A stretch of DNA of 56,151 nucleotides from Candidatus Kaiserbacteria bacterium (GCA_043729945.1 JAYTKW010000008.1:1-56151), one strand, 5' to 3'; shown: positions 25,456-35,390, counted from the first letter of the stretch. Numbers and translations are program-made. Notes: generated from the sequence alone by a model not told the origin.

Positions 25456-27357
25456 ATGGTTACTCGTCCGTACTGGAATAAGCGATTTGTTTTGTGGTCA
25501 CTCGTTTCAATTAGTGGAGGAATCGGCATGGTACTATTTGGAGCGTATATGAGCCTCTGTTTTGAGTCGGTACCTACAACGGCCGACGCCAGATGGCTGG
25601 ACACGACACTTGATACCGAAGCCCGGGTTGAAGATCTGCTTCAACACATGACCCTGCGCGAGAAAATTGGTCAGATGGCGCTCGTCGAGAAAAATAGTCT
25701 CGCTAACATTGGTGATGTTGCACAGTACGGTCTGGGGGGTATCCTCAGTGGTGCCGGAGCCAAGCCGGCTACCAATACGGTGTCTGGGTGGTCGACTATG
25801 ACCACTGAATTTAAAGAAGCGGCGCTACAGTCGCGTCTCGGCATTCCTATTTTATATGGAGTCGATGCCGTGCATGGGCATTCGCTTGTCCCTGGGGTCA
25901 CGGTTTTTCCGCACCAAATTGGCTTGGGTGCGGCCGGTGACGCCGATCTTGTTTACAAAATTGCGCAAGTCACGGCCCGTGATCTGCAGGCTACCGGTGT
26001 GAATTGGAATTTTGCCCCAAACCTCGATCTACCTCAGGACATGCGTTGGGGGCGCGTTTATGAAGCCTATTCTGATGATCCGGTGTTAGTTAGTCGACTT
26101 GCAGCGGCCTACGTAGCGGGACTGCAGTCACAGACCCGGGCGGGTACCACCTCAGTTAGCGGCGTACTGGCCACCTTGAAGCACTATGTGGGACTCGGTG
26201 CTATGCAGTGGAATACGTCGGCCAATAAAAATTTTATGATTGATCAGGCAGTTACACCGGTTGACTCGCTCGCGTTACAGACAAAATATCTCCCTCCATT
26301 TGACGCCGGGATTGATGCAGGAGCACTGTCAGTGATGGTCGGTTTAAATACGTGGGACGGTAAACGGCTCATTACTAATCACGATCTTATTACTATTGCG
26401 TTAAAGGAGAGGTTAGGTTTTAGTGGCTTTGTCGTGTCTGATTGGTATGGTGTCTATGAAGGGAGACGTAGTCAGTTTTTAGCTACGGTGCAAGCCATCA
26501 ACGCGGGGGTTGATATGGTCATGCTTCCGTTTGATTACCAGACATTCGTTCGTCAGATGGTTGTTGCCAATCGGCTTGGACTGATTTCTATAAAGCGGAT
26601 CGATGATGCCGTCGCACGGATACTCCGAGCTAAATTTGTGGCGGGAGTATTTGATGATTCGACACTACCTCGAGCGGCTGTTGTGGTTGACGAGAGTGCA
26701 CTCGCTCGTAGCGCTGTAGCGCAGTCGCTGGTCTTACTGAAAAACGAACACGCTGCGTTACCGCTTGGTTTTGCAGCACGTCACATCAGAGTCGCTGGTA
26801 GTGCCGCAGACAACGTCGGTCTGCAGTCAGGCGCCTGGACAGTAGAGTGGCAGGGGGTGGATGGTAATTGGTTGCCTGGGGGCACGTCAATTTTGGCGGG
26901 TATTCGAGCCCGCGCTCCGCAGACAACCCGACTTGAATATGCAGCGAGCGGTACTTTCCCCGGTCAGACTATTGCTGATGTGGGTATTGCGGTGGTAGGT
27001 GAAACTCCGTACGCCGAAGGTTGGGGCGACCGACTGCTTCCTACCTTGAGTGCCAATGACCTTGCTGTCATCGCGGCGCTACGTCTCTCGTGCAAAAAAG
27101 TGGTAGTAGTTATGGTGTCGGGTCGACCGCTACTAATTGAGCATGAGTTGGACAAAATAGATGCGCTCGTAGCGGCGTGGCTGCCTGGTACCGCTGGTGG
27201 TGGGGTGGCGGATGTATTATTTGGAGGTCAGAATTTTAAGGGGACACTGCCCCTGTCGTGGCCAAAAACAGCCGAGCAATTACCGCTGACGCTCTCGGGC
27301 GAAACGGCTGATGGTACGGCGGTATTGTTTCCTCGTTACTTTGGGTTGTCATATTAG
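25456..27357 (+). CDS. Glycoside hydrolase family 3 (beta-glucosidase/beta-N-acetylhexosaminidase class), membrane anchored
   Basis: GVDAVHGH, KHYVG and the GFVVSDW nucleophile motif, with an N-terminal TM segment. Confidence 0.92.
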   Translation: MVTRPYWNKRFVLWSLVSISGGIGMVLFGAYMSLCFESVPTTADARWLDTTLDTEARVEDLLQHMTLREKIGQMALVEKNSLANIGDVAQYGLGGILSGAGAKPATNTVSGWSTMTTEFKEAALQSRLGIPILYGVDAVHGHSLVPGVTVFPHQIGLGAAGDADLVYKIAQVTARDLQATGVNWNFAPNLDLPQDMRWGRVYEAYSDDPVLVSRLAAAYVAGLQSQTRAGTTSVSGVLATLKHYVGLGAMQWNTSANKNFMIDQAVTPVDSLALQTKYLPPFDAGIDAGALSVMVGLNTWDGKRLITNHDLITIALKERLGFSGFVVSDWYGVYEGRRSQFLATVQAINAGVDMVMLPFDYQTFVRQMVVANRLGLISIKRIDDAVARILRAKFVAGVFDDSTLPRAAVVVDESALARSAVAQSLVLLKNEHAALPLGFAARHIRVAGSAADNVGLQSGAWTVEWQGVDGNWLPGGTSILAGIRARAPQTTRLEYAASGTFPGQTIADVGIAVVGETPYAEGWGDRLLPTLSANDLAVIAALRLSCKKVVVVMVSGRPLLIEHELDKIDALVAAWLPGTAGGGVADVLFGGQNFKGTLPLSWPKTAEQLPLTLSGETADGTAVLFPRYFGLSY

Positions 27358-27363
27358 ACTGCT

Positions 27364-28611
27364 ATGAAAAAACAAACTACCTCGGTCTGGGATGTGATTG
27401 TAATTGGTGGTGGTCCAGCTGGTTTAATGGCCGCTACTACGGCCGCTGCTCGTGGTAAATCAGTGTTGGTGCTGGAAAAAAATCCTAGCCCGGGTAAAAA
27501 ATTACTAATTACCGGTGGTGGTCGCTGTAACGTAACGAATAATAAACCAGATATTCGCACTATGCTGGCTCAGTATGGCCTGGCCGGCAAATTTCTCTTT
27601 TCGGCCTTTGTGCAACATCCAGTTCCAGATACGATTGCCTGGTTTGCCCAGCGTGGTGTACCGTTTGCTGAAGAAAACGAAGGGCGACTGTTTCCTGTCA
27701 CTAACACCGCACAAACAATTTACGACACGCTTCTGGCAGATTGTAAAAAAACGGGAGTGGTAATTCGCAGTAAATCAACCGTGCAAACCCTCGCCACCAC
27801 CCCGGCTGGTATCAAGGTCACCCTAGCTACGGGCGAGACGTTTGCTACCACGTCGTGTATCGTTGCCACCGGCGGCACGTCTCGCCCGGAAACTGGATCT
27901 ACGGGGGACGGTTTTATGTGGCTCCGGAATCTGGGTCACACAATTGTGCCAAATAATTACGCCCTGGTACCAATGATTAGTTCTGATGCGTGGGTGGCAC
28001 TCGTATCGGGAGTGTCGTTGTCTGGAATTAAAATTACGCTCTTTAGCGATAATAAAAAGCATAGCAGTCAAGTTGGTAAACTACTCTTTACCCACGTGGG
28101 TTTAAGCGGTCCGACCATTTTGAATATGAGCAAAACAGTAGGGGAGTTGCTCACACATAGTACCGTCACCCTGCGACTAAACTTATTACCCGCTCTCGAC
28201 GCCGGTGCGTTAAAACAGACTCTCAAAGAACGCTTGGCCACCTCATCAAATAAAAAAATTCGAAACGGCCTCGCTGAGTTACTGCCAGCAGCTTTAGTCT
28301 CGCCACTTTTGACCATTGCTGGCATTGATCCTGATACGGTGTGTCACAGTGTTCGTACCGCTGAACGAACCACCATCGCGCACCTCATTAGCGCTCTGCC
28401 AATTTCAATTAGCGGCTTACAAGGCGCAGACAAAGCCGTCATATCAAGTGGCGGTATCCCGCCCGGCGAAATTAATTTTAAGACTATGGCCTCAAGAGTC
28501 GTGCCAGGATTGTATGTGGTTGGTGACGTACTCGATATCAATCGTCCGACCGGTGGCTATGGACTCCAGTTATGTTGGACGACCGGGTATGTTGCCGGCA
28601 CCCATTGTTAA
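27364..28611 (+). CDS. HI0933/BaiN-like FAD-dependent oxidoreductase
   Basis: N-terminal WDVIVIGGGPAGLMAA, GGGRCNVTN, and a C-terminal GGYGLQLCWTTG motif. Confidence 0.9.
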   Translation: MKKQTTSVWDVIVIGGGPAGLMAATTAAARGKSVLVLEKNPSPGKKLLITGGGRCNVTNNKPDIRTMLAQYGLAGKFLFSAFVQHPVPDTIAWFAQRGVPFAEENEGRLFPVTNTAQTIYDTLLADCKKTGVVIRSKSTVQTLATTPAGIKVTLATGETFATTSCIVATGGTSRPETGSTGDGFMWLRNLGHTIVPNNYALVPMISSDAWVALVSGVSLSGIKITLFSDNKKHSSQVGKLLFTHVGLSGPTILNMSKTVGELLTHSTVTLRLNLLPALDAGALKQTLKERLATSSNKKIRNGLAELLPAALVSPLLTIAGIDPDTVCHSVRTAERTTIAHLISALPISISGLQGADKAVISSGGIPPGEINFKTMASRVVPGLYVVGDVLDINRPTGGYGLQLCWTTGYVAGTHC

Positions 28612-28716
28612 GATAAAATTTTTGTGATGATTGAGTATGGTATTTGGGATAGGACCTATCGGATATCTGTGCTAAACTGCCCACTCGGTTTTAATAAATC
28701 CAACCGTCATCGTAAT

Positions 28717-28851
28717 ATGAACACAGAACCCGAGACTATCGTAGCAGATGACGTTGTAGCTGAAGTGGCTGCAACTGAAGAGACGGTAGCAAACGAAGAA
28801 GTAGTCTCAGAAGTAGAAGTTACCCCAGAGGCCGAAGTAGCTGCAGAATAA
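28717..28851 (+). CDS. Tentative 44-aa highly acidic peptide
   Basis: MNTEPETIVADDVVAEVAATEETVANEEVVSEVEVTPEAEVAAE, directly followed by a strong terminator. There is no other support. Confidence 0.3.
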   Translation: MNTEPETIVADDVVAEVAATEETVANEEVVSEVEVTPEAEVAAE

Positions 28852-28854
28852 GCC

Positions 28855-28886
28855 AAAAACCGACCCCCTCAAGGGGTCGGTTTTTT
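28855..28886 (+). terminator. Intrinsic terminator
   Basis: AAAAACCGACCCC-CTCAA-GGGGTCGGTTTTTT. Confidence 0.85.
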
Positions 28887-29091
28887 GTTAACCAGAATCA
28901 AGCATTGTGTATGTTACGTAGTTATGTAGATCGAACCTAGGTAAAATTCTAATAGGATACTGTCAATTCATAGTCCCCGGTCCGTACTTCCTTACTTGAG
29001 TAGGGTGTATAGGTGGGATTTTTGGTTTTGAGGGTGGGGTATACTAAATTTAACCACTGCTTGGTGCAGGGTTATTAGATAATTTATAATT

Positions 29092-29481
29092 ATGCCCACA
29101 CAAAGACTTTTACTACTTGGTGCCCTAGTTTTGGTTCTGGGTAGTTGTGCCATTTGGTATATGAAGATGATTTTACCGGAAGCGACAACTATTGATGAAA
29201 CAGTAGCGGTAAAAGTTCCCACCAACCTCCCAAATATGGATGAGAAGACAGCTGGTATGGCTGATGATGCAATTACGACTAATGCTCCAGCTACTGCTCC
29301 TGGGGCGTCCGCCCCGACTCTGCCCCCTCCGTCTGCTACAGCGCCAGTAGTCTCGGGTTCAATTGATGCAGACGTGGCAGCAATTTCCGATGCCGTTGAT
29401 GCGCCTTATGATGACAGTAGTCTCGATGCACAGTTTACTAGCGAGGGAGCGGCTGCGATAACTGCTGATTATGATCTCTAA
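29092..29481 (+). CDS. Membrane-anchored/lipobox-like exported Ala/Pro/Thr-rich protein
   Basis: N-terminal LLLLGALVLVLGSC followed by a low-complexity acidic region. Confidence 0.6.
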   Translation: MPTQRLLLLGALVLVLGSCAIWYMKMILPEATTIDETVAVKVPTNLPNMDEKTAGMADDAITTNAPATAPGASAPTLPPPSATAPVVSGSIDADVAAISDAVDAPYDDSSLDAQFTSEGAAAITADYDL

Positions 29482-30232
29482 TACACGTTCAACCAAATTC
29501 ATTACCGCTACATTGGTAGCGAGTATGTTTATCCCGATGCTCGCGGGAGCTGCGCAGATAGAGGGTAGGGCCAGTAGTACCAAAGACCGAGAAGGAAAAG
29601 ATGTCTGCGCCGAGCTTCCGGCTCTGCGCACCAAAGCCACCATGAAATTAACTGAACGAGTAACGACCATGCAAGGTAAAAAAGGCGACCGAAAAACCAA
29701 GTTCGAAGCAGGTAAGGAAGAACGAGCGAAAACCCTCAGTACAAAACGTACTGATCGTGACGCAGACAGAGCTGCTCGGTATGCTAGTTTGCGGGCCAAA
29801 GCTACCACCACAGCGCAAACTGCTGCAGTAGCTGCTTTTGAAAAAGAAGTCGAACGACTTGTTGTCGTCCGAAAGAGCGCGATAGATGCCAAGATCAAGG
29901 CCTTTGAAGAAGGTGTATCGGCTCTTCAGTTGCAGTCAGATGGTGCGGTGACCACTCTCTCAGATAAAGTCGCCTCTGACCTCGACGCTATTTTTGACAC
30001 TGCCGAAGCATCATGTGCAGCCGGTAAAACCGGACTAGAGGTCCGTACTGGTATCAAGTCAGGTATGGAGGCCATGCGAGCTAATCGCAAAAACGAGACT
30101 TCCGCAACTAATTTCAAAACGCAATTTGAAGCCTTGCGTAAAACACGTATTGCTGCCACTGAAGCCGCTATTGCTGAATTTAAAACCGGTATGGAAAAGG
30201 CCGTCTACGATCTAAAAGCTGGTAAAGGCTAA
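29471..30232 (+). CDS. Secreted Lys/Ala/Glu-rich alpha-helical protein
   Basis: Signal peptide ending LAGAAQ. The composition predicts helices. It overlaps the previous gene by 11 nt. Confidence 0.7.
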   Translation: MISNTRSTKFITATLVASMFIPMLAGAAQIEGRASSTKDREGKDVCAELPALRTKATMKLTERVTTMQGKKGDRKTKFEAGKEERAKTLSTKRTDRDADRAARYASLRAKATTTAQTAAVAAFEKEVERLVVVRKSAIDAKIKAFEEGVSALQLQSDGAVTTLSDKVASDLDAIFDTAEASCAAGKTGLEVRTGIKSGMEAMRANRKNETSATNFKTQFEALRKTRIAATEAAIAEFKTGMEKAVYDLKAGKG

Positions 30233-30253
30233 TCGTATCTACCACTAACAATG

Positions 30254-30283
30254 CCCTATCCGAATGTTCGGAGGGGTATTTTT
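30254..30283 (+). terminator. Probable intrinsic terminator
   Basis: CCCTATCCGAA-TG-TTCGGAGGGG followed by TATTTTT. Confidence 0.55.
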
Positions 30284-30322
30284 AGTAGTGAACAAATAAT
30301 CATATAATCGACACAAGCAAGG

Positions 30323-30328
30323 TATACT
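30323..30328 (+). promoter_or_regulatory. -10 box TATACT, 8 nt before ATG 30337
   Basis: Spacing pattern only. Confidence 0.45.
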
Positions 30329-30336
30329 AATGGTAT

Positions 30337-30606
30337 ATGAAAGTCATTATATTAATCCAGTCCATTATTATATTACTCGGTGCGTATTATATGTATACGA
30401 TGAGTCAGCGGGTTGAAGTAGTAGCAGAGCCACCTATTGTCGAGATGACGCCAATGAAGGTGCCAGATACCCTCGAAGGGTATACACCACCAACTAGTAA
30501 TCCACCAGCGGATGAAACAACAGTTGAATCGGGTACCACTATCAAAGGACCAAATGATGCTGGTATGGAATATCCCGTGATGGACGGTACGGCTGAGGTT
30601 CAATAG
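30337..30606 (+). CDS. Small membrane-anchored Pro/Thr-rich protein
   Basis: 89 aa with an N-terminal TM helix. Confidence 0.55.
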   Translation: MKVIILIQSIIILLGAYYMYTMSQRVEVVAEPPIVEMTPMKVPDTLEGYTPPTSNPPADETTVESGTTIKGPNDAGMEYPVMDGTAEVQ

Positions 30607-30612
30607 TGCGCC

Positions 30613-31368
30613 TTATTTTGCAAAGGCATCTTTCTCGACGTAGATTGAGACGGTACGGCGTTTCCGCGCTTTGCCTTTGAGTATATGCCGGTGCGAGCGG
30701 TAGACTTTGTGGATGATAAATTTCTCTTTAAGGAAATCAGTTAGTCCTTCTTCATCATAGACGAATTCATCGACCCCGATAACTGGATGGATGTAGCTGC
30801 CAACTTCTTTGCCGGGACTTTCGCGCAAAAGACGTCTGGTGTGGAGGTCGCCGTCGGCGAGGAACGTTTTCATAAACATAAACCCACCCGGCATCAAAAC
30901 CCGGTGTATTTCATCACGTAGCACTGTCCGTTCGGGGGCAGATAGAAAGTGCGACGTCATCATATCGATGACCAGGCTCTGCGAATTATCGGGGAGGTCG
31001 AGTGCCCCAGCGATACTGCGAGCCGCGTACTGCAGATCAAACCCTAGGGAAGCTCCTTTAGCAATATCAATGGCTGAAGTCGAGATGTCGTACCCCACAC
31101 CCCGCATGGCAAATTCCCGGGCGAGGAAAATAAGGTTTCGACCATTACCGCACCCAACATCAAGGACTGATTGTCCGACACCTAAAATCTGCCCCCGTTT
31201 TGCGCGAATGACGTAGCGAGTAAACTTTTCCAAATCCTCACTATGATCAGTCGAGAGTTTCAGGTGGTCAGCATTTTTGTATTCGAGGTCCCAAAAGGTA
31301 GTACCATGGGCTTTTCGCTTTGGTTTGCGAATAAAGGGGCGTTTGCTCATTTTTAAATTATAGCACAA
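30613..31368 (-). CDS. Class I SAM-dependent methyltransferase
   Basis: Motif I VLDVGCGNGRN followed by an acidic loop GYDIS. Confidence 0.9.
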   Translation of the reverse strand: MCYNLKMSKRPFIRKPKRKAHGTTFWDLEYKNADHLKLSTDHSEDLEKFTRYVIRAKRGQILGVGQSVLDVGCGNGRNLIFLAREFAMRGVGYDISTSAIDIAKGASLGFDLQYAARSIAGALDLPDNSQSLVIDMMTSHFLSAPERTVLRDEIHRVLMPGGFMFMKTFLADGDLHTRRLLRESPGKEVGSYIHPVIGVDEFVYDEEGLTDFLKEKFIIHKVYRSHRHILKGKARKRRTVSIYVEKDAFAK

Positions 31369-31416
31369 ATAACTGTTATTTCAAGGTGGATGAGTGGGGT
31401 TTGTCTGAAAATTATT

Positions 31417-31425
31417 TGCTACAAT
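31417..31425 (+). promoter_or_regulatory. Extended -10 TGcTACAAT, 7 nt before ATG 31433
   Basis: Argues for the 31433 start rather than 31424. Confidence 0.5.
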
Positions 31426-31432
31426 GGGGGAT

Positions 31433-32176
31433 ATGAAAAATCCTTGGGTAGCGATTGGTGTGATTTTAGTAGTGTTGCTGGGGGGGTCAGTCGCGTATTC
31501 GCTGTCAGTCGCAAAAACGTATAACGAAGGGGTGGTGGTTGCTCCGCATATTAAAGGTGGTACTGACGCGAAAATTTCACTCGTCGAATACAGCGATTTC
31601 CAGTGTCCAGCCTGCGGGCAGTTTGAACCGATTGTAGCCGAGGTGCTAGCTGCGCACGGCGACGCCCTCAAATTTGAATACAAACATTTTCCCCTGATTC
31701 AAATCCATCCTTTTGCCCAGCCAGCAGCCCTGGCTGCTGAAGCGGCTGGTCAACAAGGTAAATTCTTTGAATACCACGATATGTTGTTTGCTAAACAAGA
31801 AGAATGGAGTAAAGGCACAAATCCAGCTGGATTTTTTACGCAGTATGCGCAGGCCCTTGGTCTTGATATGGCCTTGTTTGCAAAGCATCAACGCTCGTCA
31901 CTTTTACAGGACGCTGTCCGCGCCAGTTTCGACGAAGCCCGTTCAAAGAATCTTACTGGCACCCCGTCATTTTTTCTCAATGGTACCAAAATGGACATTA
32001 AAAGCCCTGACGATTTCAAAGCCCAAATTGCGTTAGCTATAAACCCAAACGCCAATTTTAACGTGACCGCCGGCGACGAGACTCTTAAGGCAGTACAAAT
32101 TGAAGGGGATACCACGATTGCTCCGACCGAGGTTGCGCCTATGCCACCTACACCGGCTGTTAAGTTTGGTATTTAA
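31433..32176 (+). CDS. DsbA-family thiol:disulfide oxidoreductase, membrane anchored
   Basis: N-terminal TM segment. The CPAC active site sits in YSDFQCPACGQFEP. GTPSFFLNG is present near the C-terminus. Confidence 0.9.
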   Translation: MKNPWVAIGVILVVLLGGSVAYSLSVAKTYNEGVVVAPHIKGGTDAKISLVEYSDFQCPACGQFEPIVAEVLAAHGDALKFEYKHFPLIQIHPFAQPAALAAEAAGQQGKFFEYHDMLFAKQEEWSKGTNPAGFFTQYAQALGLDMALFAKHQRSSLLQDAVRASFDEARSKNLTGTPSFFLNGTKMDIKSPDDFKAQIALAINPNANFNVTAGDETLKAVQIEGDTTIAPTEVAPMPPTPAVKFGI

Positions 32177-32281
32177 ACTCTGTGTAAAAGAGGTCTGGAC
32201 AAACTGGTTTTTTTGTAGTATCTTAGTGAAAATTATTTAACTGCCACTGGGGCCTCTCTCTCATCTAGCTACCTTCGTAAT

Positions 32282-33562
32282 ATGCGAACCACTAAGAATA
32301 TCATTGCCTTTGTTGGCGGGATTAAACCTAATTCACTTGAGGCAATTCGCGAGTATGGCAAAAAAAATGGAGTCAAATACCAGATAATGTTGATTCAAGA
32401 CAAGCGGCATGAACGAAAAAATGAGGAACCGAGTACCCGTATTCCCCAACAAGACATTACAGTGCAGGTAGATTTCTCTAAACCGGAAAAGATTACCGAA
32501 GCCCTCTTGCCATACGAGGACTCATTGTTGGCGATTTCCTGTCGGAGCGAAGTGCATATTGCCCGCTTTGCAAAAATTATTCCCTGTGTACCGTATTTAC
32601 GTACACCAACGAGTGAGTCACTGACGTGGGCCACTGATAAATATGAGATGCGCAAACGATTTAAACTGTACGATCCGAAAATTACCCCATCCTTTACTCG
32701 CGTCAAAGATACTACGGCTGGTGAACGACAACGACTGATTACCAAAATTGGGTTTCCCATGATTATTAAACCGGCTAATCTCTCGGGTAGTTTGTTTGTG
32801 AGTATTTGTTATCACGAAGAAGATTTAAAAAAAGACCTTGCGACCTGTTTTCGTAAACTTCGCAAAGCCTATGAAAGCGATAAGCGTCTGGAAGAGCCCA
32901 AAGTAATTGCCGAACAATACATGGAAGGAGATATCTATTCGATTGATAGTTATGTCAATTCGCGCGGGTCGGTATATCACTTGCCACTAGTGCGGGTAAA
33001 GACGGGGAAAGACATTGGACACCAAGATTTCTATGGCTATCTGCAAATGACTCCAACTATTTTAAAACGCGAAACGATTAAGCGCGCTGAGGCTGTTACC
33101 GAAACGGCGATCCATGCGCTCGGATTACGGAGTACTACCGCCCACACGGAACTCATGAAGATTGACGGCGAGTTCAAAGTAATCGAGGTCGGACCTCGTA
33201 CCGGTGGGGCGCGTGATGTACTGTATAAACTCAGTTGTGGTATTGAGCATTATCTCAATGACGTGCTAATTCGGATGCCGAAAAAGCCAATCATACCTAA
33301 AAAATGTAACGGGAACGCTGTCTATATGAAATGGTTTTTACCAAAAGAGGGAATCATCGCCTCGATGACCGGTATCAAGAAAATAGAACAATTAGAATCA
33401 TTTTATAAAATTGAAGTGAATAAAAAAATTGGCGACCGGGCGACGTTTGCGCGTAGTGGTGGGCGGTCAGTGTTTAATCTCTATATGTATAACGCTGATC
33501 GGGGACAGTTGTTGGCTGATATACGGAGAGTCGAACAGTTGGTAAAAATTAAGCTTCGGTAG
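32282..33562 (+). CDS. ATP-grasp domain protein (carboxylate-amine ligase class)
   Basis: GFPMIIKPANLSGS, EQYMEGDIYSIDSY and KVIEVGPRTGG are ATP-grasp signatures. Confidence 0.83.
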   Translation: MRTTKNIIAFVGGIKPNSLEAIREYGKKNGVKYQIMLIQDKRHERKNEEPSTRIPQQDITVQVDFSKPEKITEALLPYEDSLLAISCRSEVHIARFAKIIPCVPYLRTPTSESLTWATDKYEMRKRFKLYDPKITPSFTRVKDTTAGERQRLITKIGFPMIIKPANLSGSLFVSICYHEEDLKKDLATCFRKLRKAYESDKRLEEPKVIAEQYMEGDIYSIDSYVNSRGSVYHLPLVRVKTGKDIGHQDFYGYLQMTPTILKRETIKRAEAVTETAIHALGLRSTTAHTELMKIDGEFKVIEVGPRTGGARDVLYKLSCGIEHYLNDVLIRMPKKPIIPKKCNGNAVYMKWFLPKEGIIASMTGIKKIEQLESFYKIEVNKKIGDRATFARSGGRSVFNLYMYNADRGQLLADIRRVEQLVKIKLR

Positions 33563-33565
33563 AGA

Positions 33566-33686
33566 GGAACGCCAAAAATCGCGAATTCCTGCGTTACGCT
33601 ACAGTAATTTTCGTTCACCGTACAAAAAGTACGGCTCACGCTAATTACTTTGCGTGCCTTGAACTCCATCGATTTTATGACGTTCC
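33566..33686 (+). repeat. Extended-hairpin 3'-UTR element, copy A (121 nt)
   Basis: Outer stem GGAACGcCAAAAATCG / CGATTTTaTGaCGTTCC, middle stem AGTAATT / AATTACT, and apical hairpin CACCGTAC-AAAAA-GTACGGCTCAC. It starts 4 nt after the ATP-grasp stop codon. Confidence 0.8.
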
Positions 33687-33721
33687 ATTGAGCGCTTGTG
33701 ATTATGTAAGATTATAAAAAG

Positions 33722-33769
33722 ACGAGGCAAGACCTCGGACTTTTATGTGAGGACGAGGTCTTGCCTCGT
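33722..33769 (+). other. Perfect 16-bp inverted repeat hairpin
   Basis: ACGAGGCAAGACCTCG - 16 nt - CGAGGTCTTGCCTCGT. An A run precedes it, and no T run follows on the plus strand. Confidence 0.6.
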
Positions 33770-33825
33770 ATGGGGAGGTGGGGAAGTTTGGGGGGATTTG
33801 GTGTGGAGTGCGGTATGATGGGGGC

Positions 33826-34614
33826 ATGATTCGGACTCGGGATTTGTTGTTGTTTTTGGCGACGGGGGGGTTCCTCGTGGTGGCGATTTTAGTGACTCTG
33901 CTAGTAATTCATCCGGGCGCGAAATCAGCGGCGTTTGCGGTAACAAACTTCGATACGACCACTGCCTCGTACACGGCGCAGGTGGTGCCAGCGGTTGATA
34001 CTAAAGGTGATAGATTGGCTGCCCTCAGGCAAAAACTAGCTCAGCAGACGGACATTACCGCAGCGCCTGAAGACACTATTTCAGCACCAGAGATCCCGGC
34101 CACCCAAACAGCCATGGCTACAGCAACTGCTCCTGTAGATGAACCTACAGCTACTGTTACCAGCTGTCCCACCATCAGAAACACAGCAACTCCATGGGTC
34201 GGCACGACACAGCTCTACGCGGAACGAGAAAACAGGCGAGTATTTTATAGTGAGACGGTGATGCCGTCTTTTAGTACTACGACTACCCCCGAACGCACTG
34301 AATCAGCAGTGGCGTTTACGTTGCCGCTACGCTCTGTGCCATTACCGAAATCAACGTGTATTGGTTCGGATGTAGTGGCCTTTACTCCGACCGGTAGTCC
34401 AATTATAAACTCGGACTACGCAAATTATCGCGATTCGGCAGCGAGTGTTTTGCTCGGGTACACGCTTGATGGGTTCGAGCTCTATGGGGCAAAAAACGCA
34501 CCAGAGACTGATGCCTGCGGTGGAGTCTTCAAGGATGGTGTCTATAGGTACTATATTTTGCCGGGCAGACCCGGAGTGCTTGGTTGTTTTGCAGGGATAC
34601 CGGTGACACTGTAA
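33826..34614 (+). CDS. Membrane-anchored protein with degenerate YHYH-like C-terminal domain
   Basis: N-terminal TM segment. The C-terminal DACGGVFKDGVYRYYILPG resembles the DxCGGH....YHYH motif with both His pairs replaced. Confidence 0.68.
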   Translation: MIRTRDLLLFLATGGFLVVAILVTLLVIHPGAKSAAFAVTNFDTTTASYTAQVVPAVDTKGDRLAALRQKLAQQTDITAAPEDTISAPEIPATQTAMATATAPVDEPTATVTSCPTIRNTATPWVGTTQLYAERENRRVFYSETVMPSFSTTTTPERTESAVAFTLPLRSVPLPKSTCIGSDVVAFTPTGSPIINSDYANYRDSAASVLLGYTLDGFELYGAKNAPETDACGGVFKDGVYRYYILPGRPGVLGCFAGIPVTL

Positions 34615-34637
34615 ATTAAGTTACCCACTCCCCATCT

Positions 34638-35366
34638 ATGCGCACACTCATTCTCGATATTGAAACCGTTGGTGAGGCGTGGAGCGAAATCGACGAGGTG
34701 ACCAAACGTGTGCTCGAACGACCGATTGAACGACGCGTAGAGGACCCGTATGATTGGATAGAACAGACGGCCGCTATGCAGACAGATTTGGGACTCTGTC
34801 CACTGACTGGTTCAATTATTACCCTGGGCCTCTATGATTTAGAACGAGCAGCTGGTGCGGTCTATCATGTGGGTAGCAAAACCGAGCTACCAAACCAGGT
34901 CGACGGATTTGTGTGTAAAAATCGTACCGAGACAGAATTGCTGCGTGAATTCTGGGAGGGAGCACTCGAATATGATACGTTTGTGACGTTCTCTGGCCGG
35001 TCCTTTGACCTGCCGTTTATTTTGCACCGCAGTCTAGCCTGTGTCGTGCGGCCCACGAGGGAACTAATGAAATATCGCTATCTCTCCCAGCAATCAGCTC
35101 CGTTTCATATTGACCTGCAGGAAGAGCTAACATTTTACGGAGCGATGCGCCGCCAACCGCTCCATTTATTTTGTCGAGCCTACGGTATAAACATCAGCAA
35201 AGCTGGTGATATTACAGGGGCAGATGTCGGTGACCACTACCGGTCAGGTAAACACCTCGATATCATCACCTACAACATTAGCGATGTCAGGGCTACCGCT
35301 GAACTCTACGAAAAATGGCGTACTAATGTAGCTCCACAGAGTTTTCTTGATACCATTGATTTGTAA
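34638..35366 (+). CDS. RNase H-fold 3'-5' exonuclease-like protein (PolB-exo related)
   Basis: The ExoI-like motif LILDIETVG, then FSGRSFDLPFI, then YNISDVRATAELYEKW. Confidence 0.83.
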   Translation: MRTLILDIETVGEAWSEIDEVTKRVLERPIERRVEDPYDWIEQTAAMQTDLGLCPLTGSIITLGLYDLERAAGAVYHVGSKTELPNQVDGFVCKNRTETELLREFWEGALEYDTFVTFSGRSFDLPFILHRSLACVVRPTRELMKYRYLSQQSAPFHIDLQEELTFYGAMRRQPLHLFCRAYGINISKAGDITGADVGDHYRSGKHLDIITYNISDVRATAELYEKWRTNVAPQSFLDTIDL

Positions 35367-35390
35367 GGTAATAGAAGGTACACTTCGTCC

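Noticed and set aside
29359-29898. 179-aa minus-strand ORF
   Set aside because: It is antisense to the two exported Ala/Lys-rich genes. Its Arg/Ser/Ala-rich composition is typical of the reverse frame of GCN/AAR-rich sequence.
32177-33562. ATP-grasp gene as part of a RiPP (graspetide) cluster
   Set aside because: No plausible precursor-peptide ORF lies immediately upstream or downstream. The downstream space is occupied by the structured repeat element.
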